Part shown: positions 53,754-62,674 of the stretch, one piece after another | Layout of the letters: every line of letters starts with the position of its first letter | Numbering within the stretch: the stretch's first letter is position 1 | IMG/VR virus record: IMGVR_UViG_3300018424_007835 | Coordinates: 1-64,000 of that record | Reading direction: 5' to 3' (one strand) | Length of the DNA stretch: 64,000 nt | From: a virus | Translations under genes and position numbers: made by a program | The notes under the pieces: model-generated | Told to the model about the DNA's origin: nothing | Database searches by the model: none | Seen by the model: only the letters and a program-made list of their open reading frames with translations

Positions 53754-54401
53754 ATGGCGTTAATTACGGTAAGTGACATTGTTACATACATGGACATTTC
53801 GTTCACTAACACTCAAGAAGATGCAGCCGAAATTGTGATTGAAGGGCTGCAGGCTGAACTTGAGGCATACCTTCGACGCCCTATTGAGCAACAGTCGTTT
53901 ACTGAGACGTATAGAATTCCTGATCAGAGCCGAGGTGTTCCTAGTAACCAGTATCACTTTAACTATTCCACGGTTCCTGAGATTGACTCCCCGATGTCTT
54001 CTGGCGTCTACCGGTATCCTAGATTTTATACTCTGTATCTAAACAGTAGCCCGGTTATTTCGGTGTCGTCGGTTAGTCGCACAGCGTCTTCTCCTACGGC
54101 GTCTGCTGTGGCGTTGGTTGCAGAGACTGATTATATTGTTAGGGACTTTGGTATTGATTTGTATGATGTGTTTTCAAATGACCGTATAACGGTCACGTAT
54201 ACGGCTGGGCTGGATGGGGCGAACATTAAGGTGTTTAAGTTGTTAATGTTGCGTGCGGCTACCCGGGAAATGCAGAACATGCATGATGACGTGGTTGGCT
54301 TGAAGGACTTAACAACCCGTAATGTTGCGCCGATGGAGACAGGTTTTACTGAGCGGGAGCTTATGAGCATAAAGAAGTACCGCCGAGTGAGGGTGTCGTA
54401 G
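53754..54401 (+). CDS. Head-tail adaptor/connector protein
   Basis: MALITVSDI..Y..., EAYLRRP...ETY, SPVISVSSV, ITVTYTAG, KKYRR. Confidence 0.8.
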   Translation: MALITVSDIVTYMDISFTNTQEDAAEIVIEGLQAELEAYLRRPIEQQSFTETYRIPDQSRGVPSNQYHFNYSTVPEIDSPMSSGVYRYPRFYTLYLNSSPVISVSSVSRTASSPTASAVALVAETDYIVRDFGIDLYDVFSNDRITVTYTAGLDGANIKVFKLLMLRAATREMQNMHDDVVGLKDLTTRNVAPMETGFTERELMSIKKYRRVRVS

Positions 54402-54402
54402 T

Positions 54403-54918
54403 ATGGCGACAAGCACGAAAATAGATGTTGATACGAAGAGGCTGCGAATTTTTTTTGCGCAGATGATACGGCGTAGTAGCAACTTTTCACCAGTTTTTAC
54501 GAAGGCGCTGCGAGACATTGAGAAGGAAGAAGCTAGACATTTTGCAAGTAGGGGCAGTGGGACGTGGCCTCCCCTTGCTGCTTCCACTAGGGCTCAGAAG
54601 CGGCGAGAGGGTTTCCAAGCGGATCTTCTGCAGCGCACGGGAGCGTTGCGTGATAGTTTGGTATCGGGAGGCCCTGGTGGGGTTCGTAATCTTACCCCAA
54701 AGACAATGGAGTTTGGTACTAGCGTAGAGTACGCTGGGTACCATTTTCATGGGGCACAGAAAGGCAACTGGCGGCTGCCAGTTAGAAATCCTTTGGTCCG
54801 GGCTGAAACTTTTGCCAATAGCGTTGCTCAGGATACTGGTGGGTGGATTGTTTATGGTAAAGGGTGGCAGGAAAAGCGGGCGGCTTCAGCGGTTCGTAAT
54901 TTGAGCGATATTCTCTAG
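54403..54918 (+). CDS. Virion morphogenesis/neck protein (P2 gpS/Mu gpG-like)
   Basis: F...G..WPPLAAST...K...LQRTGALRDS...GTSVEYAGYH..G...LPVR. Confidence 0.8.
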   Translation: MATSTKIDVDTKRLRIFFAQMIRRSSNFSPVFTKALRDIEKEEARHFASRGSGTWPPLAASTRAQKRREGFQADLLQRTGALRDSLVSGGPGGVRNLTPKTMEFGTSVEYAGYHFHGAQKGNWRLPVRNPLVRAETFANSVAQDTGGWIVYGKGWQEKRAASAVRNLSDIL

Positions 54919-54934
54919 GATCGGAGGTTGACAA

Positions 54935-55810
54935 ATGATGTCAGGTCCTCGCCTAGCTAAGGCGTATGTATCTAATTATTTGGCTAATGATCTTCCGTCA
55001 CGGCTTATCACATATCGGAATCATTGGGGGTTGAGCAGTTCTCAGCTTCCTTCACCGGTTCGCTATTTTACATACGAGCCGTTTGCTTTGGACAAGTGGC
55101 CTACAGTTATTACTGTGGTTATGAATACGGCCAGTGTTCGGCGGGATGGTTATGAGGTTGATGCTGATCCGTCGTTCAGGGTTACTTACAATATGCGCAC
55201 TTACATTTGGGCCCGAGATGGTGGTGCCCAAGTTGTTACTGAACAGCGTGACAATCTGACTACTGTTGTTAGGGAAGCTTTGATGGATGGGCCGTCGTTG
55301 TCGGCTTATGATTCTGGGGTTCCGTGTTACCCGAAGATTGATGAAAGTACGATTAGAGAAGAGTTTTCTGATCTTACTCTGATTAAAGGGGAGCGTCTTT
55401 TGGCGGGGGGCTACGTTTCGTATGACTTAGCTCTTGAAGAAATTGTGGACCATGACGCTTTGGGGTTTGTGCAAACGCATGAGAATACGGTGTCTAAGCT
55501 GCCTGTTACACCGAATGCACCCACTAATGTTATTGCGGTTGCTGGGGATACTCAGATAACTTTGGGGTGGACAGAGTCTACATGGAATGGGGGGGTCTAT
55601 GAGATTACTGGGTTTAATATTCAACAAAGCACGGATTCTGGTGCGACGTGGAGTACTGTGGTGGCTGATACCGGCAATACTGATCCTGTGTATACCGTTA
55701 CTGGGTTGACTAATGGGACTTCGTATTTGTTCCGTCTGGCTTCTGTGAATGCGGCGGGGGTAGGAGCGTATTCTGCATCGTCGCTGGCGAAGGTGCCCAC
55801 GGCAGGATAG
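54935..55810 (+). CDS. Tail completion-like protein with C-terminal fibronectin type III domain
   Basis: PNAPTNV.AVAGDTQITLGW...VTGLTNGTSYLFRLASVNAAGVGAYS; position among neck genes. Confidence 0.75.
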   Translation: MMSGPRLAKAYVSNYLANDLPSRLITYRNHWGLSSSQLPSPVRYFTYEPFALDKWPTVITVVMNTASVRRDGYEVDADPSFRVTYNMRTYIWARDGGAQVVTEQRDNLTTVVREALMDGPSLSAYDSGVPCYPKIDESTIREEFSDLTLIKGERLLAGGYVSYDLALEEIVDHDALGFVQTHENTVSKLPVTPNAPTNVIAVAGDTQITLGWTESTWNGGVYEITGFNIQQSTDSGATWSTVVADTGNTDPVYTVTGLTNGTSYLFRLASVNAAGVGAYSASSLAKVPTAG

Positions 55811-55819
55811 GATATAGTT

Positions 55820-58800
55820 ATGGCAGCTATTCCTGGCCGCTGGGGCGGTCTTCGTTCAGAACCTTATAAACCTAATCCGCCTGATGCTGACCTTGATGGC
55901 ATCATTCAGGAGCAGACGTTGTGGGAGCGCCCTAAGGGGTTTGTTTTTGCGATGGTGGATGCTGCTGGTAGGTTGGCTGAGGTTGCGGATGGTGCTGATC
56001 ACCCGCCTGGGGTTGATGTGTTTAGGCAGAATTTTGTGTTGGCGAGGCGTGGCGATAACGGTGTGTTGGAGCGTGTTGATAATGCTCCGAGGCCGTCGTG
56101 GGATCGGGATGATTTGTCGGCCCGGGATAGGTTTGGTACGGTGGGTGATAGGCTTGGGACTATTGCTAGCCCGAAGTCTCCTTATGTGCCGATGGCTGCG
56201 GAGGTTGTTGATCCGCCGATTGATCGGCGGGCTGAGTTACGTAAGAGGTATCCTGGTATTTCTGATGCCGGGTTGGAGATGATGTTGTGGGAGCCCACGG
56301 ATGATCCTGATGAGATTGATAGGCGGCTTGGGTTTATTGAGGATTTGTATGGTGAGGATGTTTCTACGAATTTGAGGCAGTTTTTGGATGGGGTTCCGCC
56401 GGGGGATCGGGTTGATGCTGATTTTTCTGAGATGGCCGATGATCTTCCTGAGGAACCTTTTTATGTTACTGTTTTTGATGATAATTTGGGGGATTATCCA
56501 ACTGATGATGAGGGTGTGCCCGTTTTTGATCGCCGTATTGAAGATGTTGTGTATGCGTTTCGGACGCCATCGGAGGCCGCTGCGGTGTGTCCGCTTCCGG
56601 GTGCTGGTATAAATGTTGCTAGTGGTATGCCTGCTGGTTTGCGTGTGAAGCAGGAGGAGGGGGAGAAGTCGGGCTCGGGCTGTGGCCCCGGGGTGCGGCT
56701 CGGCAGGGGGGCTGCGCTAGCTGAGGCTTTTGCCCTACTCCCTGATGATAATACGGGCGATGTTCGGCTTCCCGCCGATGTAGCTGCGATGGATGCCCAG
56801 GATGCAGCTGAACAGGCGGGGGACCGTGGGCATGCTCTGCGACATTTGATTGATAAGTATAAAAGGGCGCACGCTAACAGGCAGGGGGAGGCAACGGATA
56901 AGCTTATTGGAGACATGAGCGACGACAAGGTTGCCCTGGAGATACTTCGGGAGTGGCAGCAGGACGAAAGGAATCTAAAAAAGCTTAAGGATATATTTGG
57001 CGAAGATATGACCTGGGACCTTTTTGAGGAGATGGCGGCTAGCCAAATTGATGAGCTTTTTGAAAATGAGGAGTTTACAAACCTACTGAAATCTGAAGAG
57101 ATCCAAAATTACTACAACCACGCCCGCATGTCGTTGCGGTATAGGGTGTCAGTGCTTAGACATATGGTGCGGGAGACCAGGAGGACATCTGAAGAGGAGG
57201 GCCGCTGGGCGGGGGTGAAGAAGTTTGCGAGCATGATAGCGGTGATGTCAGCCAGGGATGACTGGGAGAACAATATGCGCAGAGCTAATGCGCTGGCTGA
57301 TCTTTTGAGTAGGGACAAACCCTTTGAAGTTAGTGTTGATCGTCTTATGGCTCACACTCTTGCAAATGATGGCAGGGGGTTGCCCGGCTTGGGTACAAAC
57401 TCTACACTTCAGCAGAGAGTTGATGCGATTCACGAGTTTTTATTGAAGGCGTATAAGGATAACCCAGAGGGACTCGCTGAAGCCAACGCCATGTTGGATG
57501 AGTTGATAGGAAAACTAAACGAGGTAAGTGAAGATGTTAGAATCGAATTAACTCGGGATGGAGATGGTGCCCCGAAGTTGTTGATAAAAAGACGAAACGA
57601 GGTAAGTCGAGTTTTCGAAGAGATTGATGGTGCCCCTCACAGCAAGGACCGTCCCTTGGAAACCCTTCCGAAAGGTTTCTCTTTTGAGAGCTTGAGGAAG
57701 CATCTAGATGTTTTAACGGACGAGCAGCGTGTGAGACTAGTGGTTCAGCCTAGCGCCTGGAGCAACGAAGGCGAAGAAGAAGCGGTGGACATACCTACTT
57801 TGGAGGCGTTGATAAACTTGCATTTGACTAGCAGCTCCGGTGCCGGGTCGATTCGGGCCGGTGGCGGGTCGGGCAATATTATTGGGGCGTTGGAAATTTT
57901 TTATGGCCATAAAACTATAGACGAGTTGTCTGGCCCTAAAACTGATGCGTTTTTTTGGTCGTTGTTTAGTGACGAGGTTAAGCGGCGGGGTGCTGTGGAT
58001 ACGCATGTACTGGTCGGGATGATTGATCCAAATCGGGTGCTTACTTTCATTTTTCACAAGGATAGCGGAAAAGACCGATTAAATATTGCGCCGGAGGGGT
58101 CAGATGTCAAGATTCCGTTTGATCCTGATAACATAGATTGGCAAAATGCTTACAAGGCTAAGTATGGTGGAGATTTCGAAAAGATTGATGGTGGGTGGAG
58201 GTGGGTGCCTACTGCGGGACCGAGGGAGAAAGGTGCGGAGTTTGTAGAAGGCGAGGCGTACATTGACTTTGTGAAAAAAGACGATAACTGGGCTATGCGT
58301 GGCACTGCCCCTGCTCTGCGGGCGGAGGGGAGCGGCACGGGCAGGGCTGGCTTTAAGAACATGATTAGAGGCGGCTCCGATGTACGGATAGAGGGTCTAG
58401 AGGGTGAAAAGTTGTCCAGTGATCGGGGATGGTCTTATACCCTAGAACGGGTGCTAGAGCAGACTGCGGAGAAGCATAACGTTTCTCCTGAAGTTTTGCA
58501 GGCAGCTATTTGGGAGTACATCCGAACTCGTAGATCTGAAGTTGTGATGGTCGAGGGTGGTTTTGATTATCCGATTAGGTCAGACCCTCATAATGCTGTA
58601 CGAACTAACACTTACCTTACTGCTCCATCTGATTTAGTTAGGCGGTTTCCTAGACTTAGAACTAGGTCATCCCACGGCCCTAAGGGCGATCTGCAAAGCA
58701 AAGATATTTTGTGGCGTAGGGCAGAGCTTACGACAAGGGGTGTAATAGGTGAGCCTCTGACGGATGAGGATGTTCGTTTCCAAAGGCTGCTCAGTGTTTT

Positions 58801-61747
58801 AACTGAAGACGACATAAGAGTACTAGCCAAGTTGCGTGACCGCCGAAGAGGCTCGGATATCAACTACCCCCTCGGGAAGGACCGCCAAGTTGACTATGAA
58901 GCGATGGGATTGTCGCCGGGTCTCAAGCAGCTACTGGAGGATGATCCTGCCGTCGTGGGCCTCCTCGATGAGACGCTCATAATGTTTAACCCTGATGAGA
59001 AGTATGTTGATCGAAACGGGGTCGAACACACTGGCGTGGAGGTTGTAATTGCCATGCTAAAAGAACACCCCCCAAACACATTTCCCGTTGGGGAGGGGGG
59101 GCTAGGGTACGTACATGTGCATACGGATGTACCTGAAGGTGAGGGCTGGTCAGCAGTTACTGATGAAGATGATAATATTCTAGGGTATTTACGTACGGCC
59201 GACATTGCATGGTTAGAGAAGGCTCGTGTTTTAACTAGGTCTTGCGGTAGTCCCATAAACGAGTCATCGGCGTTTAGGGGCATTGAGCTAAAAGATAGAG
59301 CAGGGAGTAGTAGCTGTAATATTGTGTTCGGCGGGCTCCCTAGCGGTTTGCGTATTTCTCCACACTCTGAGGTTGCTGTCCCTGAAAATTTTGCTGATAT
59401 GTCCCCTGAGGCTGCAGACGTAGTCGCCCATAATATTTTGGCTGGGAGAGATAGGTCAGAGTGGGGTGCCGAGACCCGTCTCAGTAGGGTGGGACTGTTC
59501 CAAGAGCACCCTCAGCATCGGGGTTTTTATTTGGGGGAAGACGGAAACTTTTACGATGCTTCAGACAACATGCTGGCCGATGATGGAGACATTGTGCCGT
59601 CACCGGAGTTTTTGGAAGAGAGCGATAGGGCGCTGCGTGCCCTTTCTGAAGGTATTAGAAAGTTCGATGCCGATGCCGCTAAGCGTGCTTCTCAGCGCCA
59701 GGACAGATTGTACGGGTCTAGTTCTGATGAGCCTGAGGCGTCACCTGAACTTATAGGTCAGTTGCGGGTGGCTGAAGCGATAGGTGATAATTTTGTGGCG
59801 AGCGTTAGAGAAATGGATGACCGGTATCGGGAACGAGTGGAACGGCCCGATGGCCGTGGTCAGTTTGTTTACGATCTTGACGAAGCGGCAAGGCGGGAGA
59901 AAATTAGAGAGATAGAAGAGGCGAGAGAGCAGTTCTCTCAGTCTCTGCAAAAGTTTTTTGATGAAGAGCGCCGTTACGATCCTGATAATCCTCCTACTGT
60001 TTTTATGAACACACGGTCTGTGGCTGCCCGTGAAGGGGCGCAACGTAGAAGTGGGGGCCGCCCACTCACTGAGGCTGAGGCACTAGAAGAGGCCGACAGG
60101 TATAGAGATATTTTTAAAGAAAGCCAGACAGCCTTGGATGAGCAGGCGAAGCGGAGTGAGGAGTGGCGCAATTCGGAGCGGCCTATGTTTATGGGACCTG
60201 ACCGTTCCTATTGGTCCACGTCGAATATTGATTCTTTATCTGACTCTGATAGGGCAAGTAGGCGTTCTGATATTCAAGAGGGTCTCGATAATCTTTGGGG
60301 GGAGTATGGGACCGGCAAGGGTGGAGATGTCACGCAAAGAGTGGGGGACAGCGGCGGAGCTTACTTCCAACCCCCTTCAGATAAAGCGCCGGAAGAGTTA
60401 CTGTCTACGTTTGCTAGCGAAAAGACTAGTGTCTTAGAGGAGCAGCTTCGCACCGGCCGCCGCCGCACCGCAGGTGGAGAAGTTGAAATGTCTGACGCTG
60501 ACCGCCGGGAAGCACAAACTATTCTCGACTATTTGAAAAACACTTCCCCAGAGCAGCAGAAGAAAGATATTGTAGATTTCTTACGCAGAAATGTTGAAGA
60601 TGAAGACACCGTTGTTGCCTGGCGTGCCAGCCCACAGACTATTGGTCTTGTCGCTGAGGATGGACGAATTAAGACTACGCACGAGTTGGAGTTTAGTCGC
60701 CCAACTGGGAGAACACGAGCAGACGACGTTGGTGCCACTAGCCCACCGACGATGCGTAGAGCATACGAAACTTCCATAGGGATTCCTGTTGATACCCCAG
60801 ATGATGAACGTCCGGTTTCTGGGCTGGTTTCTTACGGTCCCCGCCGCCGTAGGGCTGCTGCCGATATTCTTGCTCAGCGTCAGGCTGAGTTGACTCCAGA
60901 AGAGTTTGCTCTGTATGATGTGCGCTCCGACCCATTGTACATGCAGGCAGTTAGTGGTGCGGCGGAAGATTACGGCACAGCTATGGTGGAGTTTAAGCGT
61001 GACACGAATAGGAATGCCACGTTTGTTATCGGTGACTCTTTGAATATTGGTGGTGTTCCTGCTGGTATGGAGAATGCTTCTGATGAGGAGTTGTTGCGGA
61101 TGGTGTTTGATGACACGTATCGGAATGCCCCTAATTCTGCTGATGTGACTTCGCATGACCGGTTTATGGAGATGATGATTTTGGGTCGGGATGAGGCGCT
61201 TGGTGAGGGTTATGCGGGGTCTTGGCGGTTGCCTGATTCTAAGGTGGGCCGGGATTCGGGTTATCATGAGGCTCTTTTGCCTGGTGGTAGTGGTATTGCT
61301 GATGTGGAGACTGTGTTTTTGGATGGGCAGTATAATACGCAAGTTCCTGGCTACCGTAGTGGTCGGCCTTCTTTGGAGGTGTTGCAGGAGCAGGACCGGT
61401 GGATGAGCTTGATTCCTGACGAAGAACGTGATATGCTAGAGGAGATAGTTCGACTTAGAGGTGCTGATAGTTCCGAGGTGCAGTCTGCGTTAAATGCGTG
61501 GAAGCAGCTTCTTAACCAGTTTGATGAGTCTGAGAGTCGTAGGGAAATAGAGGAGACGTTAAAGAAATTGAATCAGGACTTGAAAATTCAGTGGCTTGAA
61601 AATAGGGGTGTAAGTTTGGAGCGCCGTATTGCCGCTGCTAAGGAACGTCTGGGCACTGATGATCCTATTGATCTTCTTATGCGACGTAATTTGGAAAAGC
61701 TGTTAGAGGGTATTCGTAAGCAACACGCAAACCTGCTTGGGCGTTGA
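55820..61747 (+). CDS. Giant multidomain (polyvalent) protein, 1975 aa, with glycosylase-like central and ART-like (DUF3626-type) C-terminal domains
   Basis: N-terminal DADLDGIIQEQTLWERP; AVMSA...W.NN, GPKTDAF, VDTH, QAAIW; RPVSG...YG...FK...ATFVIGDSL...YHEA. Confidence 0.72.
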   Translation: MAAIPGRWGGLRSEPYKPNPPDADLDGIIQEQTLWERPKGFVFAMVDAAGRLAEVADGADHPPGVDVFRQNFVLARRGDNGVLERVDNAPRPSWDRDDLSARDRFGTVGDRLGTIASPKSPYVPMAAEVVDPPIDRRAELRKRYPGISDAGLEMMLWEPTDDPDEIDRRLGFIEDLYGEDVSTNLRQFLDGVPPGDRVDADFSEMADDLPEEPFYVTVFDDNLGDYPTDDEGVPVFDRRIEDVVYAFRTPSEAAAVCPLPGAGINVASGMPAGLRVKQEEGEKSGSGCGPGVRLGRGAALAEAFALLPDDNTGDVRLPADVAAMDAQDAAEQAGDRGHALRHLIDKYKRAHANRQGEATDKLIGDMSDDKVALEILREWQQDERNLKKLKDIFGEDMTWDLFEEMAASQIDELFENEEFTNLLKSEEIQNYYNHARMSLRYRVSVLRHMVRETRRTSEEEGRWAGVKKFASMIAVMSARDDWENNMRRANALADLLSRDKPFEVSVDRLMAHTLANDGRGLPGLGTNSTLQQRVDAIHEFLLKAYKDNPEGLAEANAMLDELIGKLNEVSEDVRIELTRDGDGAPKLLIKRRNEVSRVFEEIDGAPHSKDRPLETLPKGFSFESLRKHLDVLTDEQRVRLVVQPSAWSNEGEEEAVDIPTLEALINLHLTSSSGAGSIRAGGGSGNIIGALEIFYGHKTIDELSGPKTDAFFWSLFSDEVKRRGAVDTHVLVGMIDPNRVLTFIFHKDSGKDRLNIAPEGSDVKIPFDPDNIDWQNAYKAKYGGDFEKIDGGWRWVPTAGPREKGAEFVEGEAYIDFVKKDDNWAMRGTAPALRAEGSGTGRAGFKNMIRGGSDVRIEGLEGEKLSSDRGWSYTLERVLEQTAEKHNVSPEVLQAAIWEYIRTRRSEVVMVEGGFDYPIRSDPHNAVRTNTYLTAPSDLVRRFPRLRTRSSHGPKGDLQSKDILWRRAELTTRGVIGEPLTDEDVRFQRLLSVLTEDDIRVLAKLRDRRRGSDINYPLGKDRQVDYEAMGLSPGLKQLLEDDPAVVGLLDETLIMFNPDEKYVDRNGVEHTGVEVVIAMLKEHPPNTFPVGEGGLGYVHVHTDVPEGEGWSAVTDEDDNILGYLRTADIAWLEKARVLTRSCGSPINESSAFRGIELKDRAGSSSCNIVFGGLPSGLRISPHSEVAVPENFADMSPEAADVVAHNILAGRDRSEWGAETRLSRVGLFQEHPQHRGFYLGEDGNFYDASDNMLADDGDIVPSPEFLEESDRALRALSEGIRKFDADAAKRASQRQDRLYGSSSDEPEASPELIGQLRVAEAIGDNFVASVREMDDRYRERVERPDGRGQFVYDLDEAARREKIREIEEAREQFSQSLQKFFDEERRYDPDNPPTVFMNTRSVAAREGAQRRSGGRPLTEAEALEEADRYRDIFKESQTALDEQAKRSEEWRNSERPMFMGPDRSYWSTSNIDSLSDSDRASRRSDIQEGLDNLWGEYGTGKGGDVTQRVGDSGGAYFQPPSDKAPEELLSTFASEKTSVLEEQLRTGRRRTAGGEVEMSDADRREAQTILDYLKNTSPEQQKKDIVDFLRRNVEDEDTVVAWRASPQTIGLVAEDGRIKTTHELEFSRPTGRTRADDVGATSPPTMRRAYETSIGIPVDTPDDERPVSGLVSYGPRRRRAAADILAQRQAELTPEEFALYDVRSDPLYMQAVSGAAEDYGTAMVEFKRDTNRNATFVIGDSLNIGGVPAGMENASDEELLRMVFDDTYRNAPNSADVTSHDRFMEMMILGRDEALGEGYAGSWRLPDSKVGRDSGYHEALLPGGSGIADVETVFLDGQYNTQVPGYRSGRPSLEVLQEQDRWMSLIPDEERDMLEEIVRLRGADSSEVQSALNAWKQLLNQFDESESRREIEETLKKLNQDLKIQWLENRGVSLERRIAAAKERLGTDDPIDLLMRRNLEKLLEGIRKQHANLLGR

Positions 61748-61756
61748 GGTGTCTAG

Positions 61757-62164
61757 ATGAAAAATAATCCGCCGCACAATTATTATCCGTTGGCTTTTAA
61801 CGATGACGAAGTATTGTTGTTTGACGCAGATAGTTACGCAAAGAATGGTTCGTTAAAGGGCATGCTTGTTGGTTTGAGCGATGTTCGGCAGGTTCGTCAT
61901 ATCAGCATGTTTTTGTCACATGTGCCGGGTATGTTTTTTGTTAAACATCCGTTGGCCCAATTTTTCAATGTTGATTTGTATGCAAGTGAGGGTATTCCTG
62001 AAGAGTTGTTTACTGAGGATCTTCCCGAGATTCGGCTGGAGCGTGTATCGAAGTTTTTGAAGAACTTTTTGAATAAGATAGGGGTTTCGGTGGATGGGGA
62101 ACCGTTTGAGTTTAGGCGACCTATTGAAGATTCTAGGGTTGATAGTGAGATTGAAAGTTTGTAG
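61757..62164 (+). CDS. Hypothetical protein (immunity-like position)
   Basis: GAGGTG RBS directly after the giant ORF. Confidence 0.7.
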   Translation: MKNNPPHNYYPLAFNDDEVLLFDADSYAKNGSLKGMLVGLSDVRQVRHISMFLSHVPGMFFVKHPLAQFFNVDLYASEGIPEELFTEDLPEIRLERVSKFLKNFLNKIGVSVDGEPFEFRRPIEDSRVDSEIESL

Positions 62165-62178
62165 AAAGGTAATTTGTG

Positions 62179-62346
62179 ATGGCACCGCATAAAAAGTTTA
62201 CATTAGAAAGTGGCACTGAAGTTTCTGTTGATCGGCTTATTGCCGACAGCCTTGTGCGCCCTCGGGCTAGTTGGCCCATTCCAGAGGCAATGACGGAGAA
62301 TGCGCAGGTAGAGTTGTGGAAGAGAGCCCGGTATGCCGAAGTATAG
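62179..62346 (+). CDS. Small hypothetical protein (55 aa)
   Basis: Below the ORF-track cutoff; GAAAGG RBS; fills the gap between flanking ORFs. Confidence 0.5.
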   Translation: MAPHKKFTLESGTEVSVDRLIADSLVRPRASWPIPEAMTENAQVELWKRARYAEV

Positions 62347-62554
62347 AAAGATCACAGGTGGTGGTAAAACTTACGTAGAAGCGATTCCTGCATGGCAGCA
62401 AGATTGGGAAAATCACGAGCTAGATCAGTGGGATGATGTTTATCGTGGGTTTGAACAGTGGGAAATTCTAGACCTAGTAGAAGAGTATCCTGACGCTACC
62501 CCCGACGAGTTAAAAGAAATGGCGTTGGCTGCACGAGAAAACGATTCCGACTGA
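62333..62554 (+). CDS. Small acidic hypothetical protein
   Basis: ORF-track 73 aa, co-oriented with neighbours. Confidence 0.55.
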   Translation: MPKYRKITGGGKTYVEAIPAWQQDWENHELDQWDDVYRGFEQWEILDLVEEYPDATPDELKEMALAARENDSD

Positions 62555-62674
62555 TAGTTCCATCCATATTCCGTCGTTGCATGGTAACATAATACTTGAC
62601 AGAGCAGACTTTCGTCTGGCCCTCAGGGCAAGTCAATACGTATTGATATCGACAACGAAAATTGGAGGCTAAAA

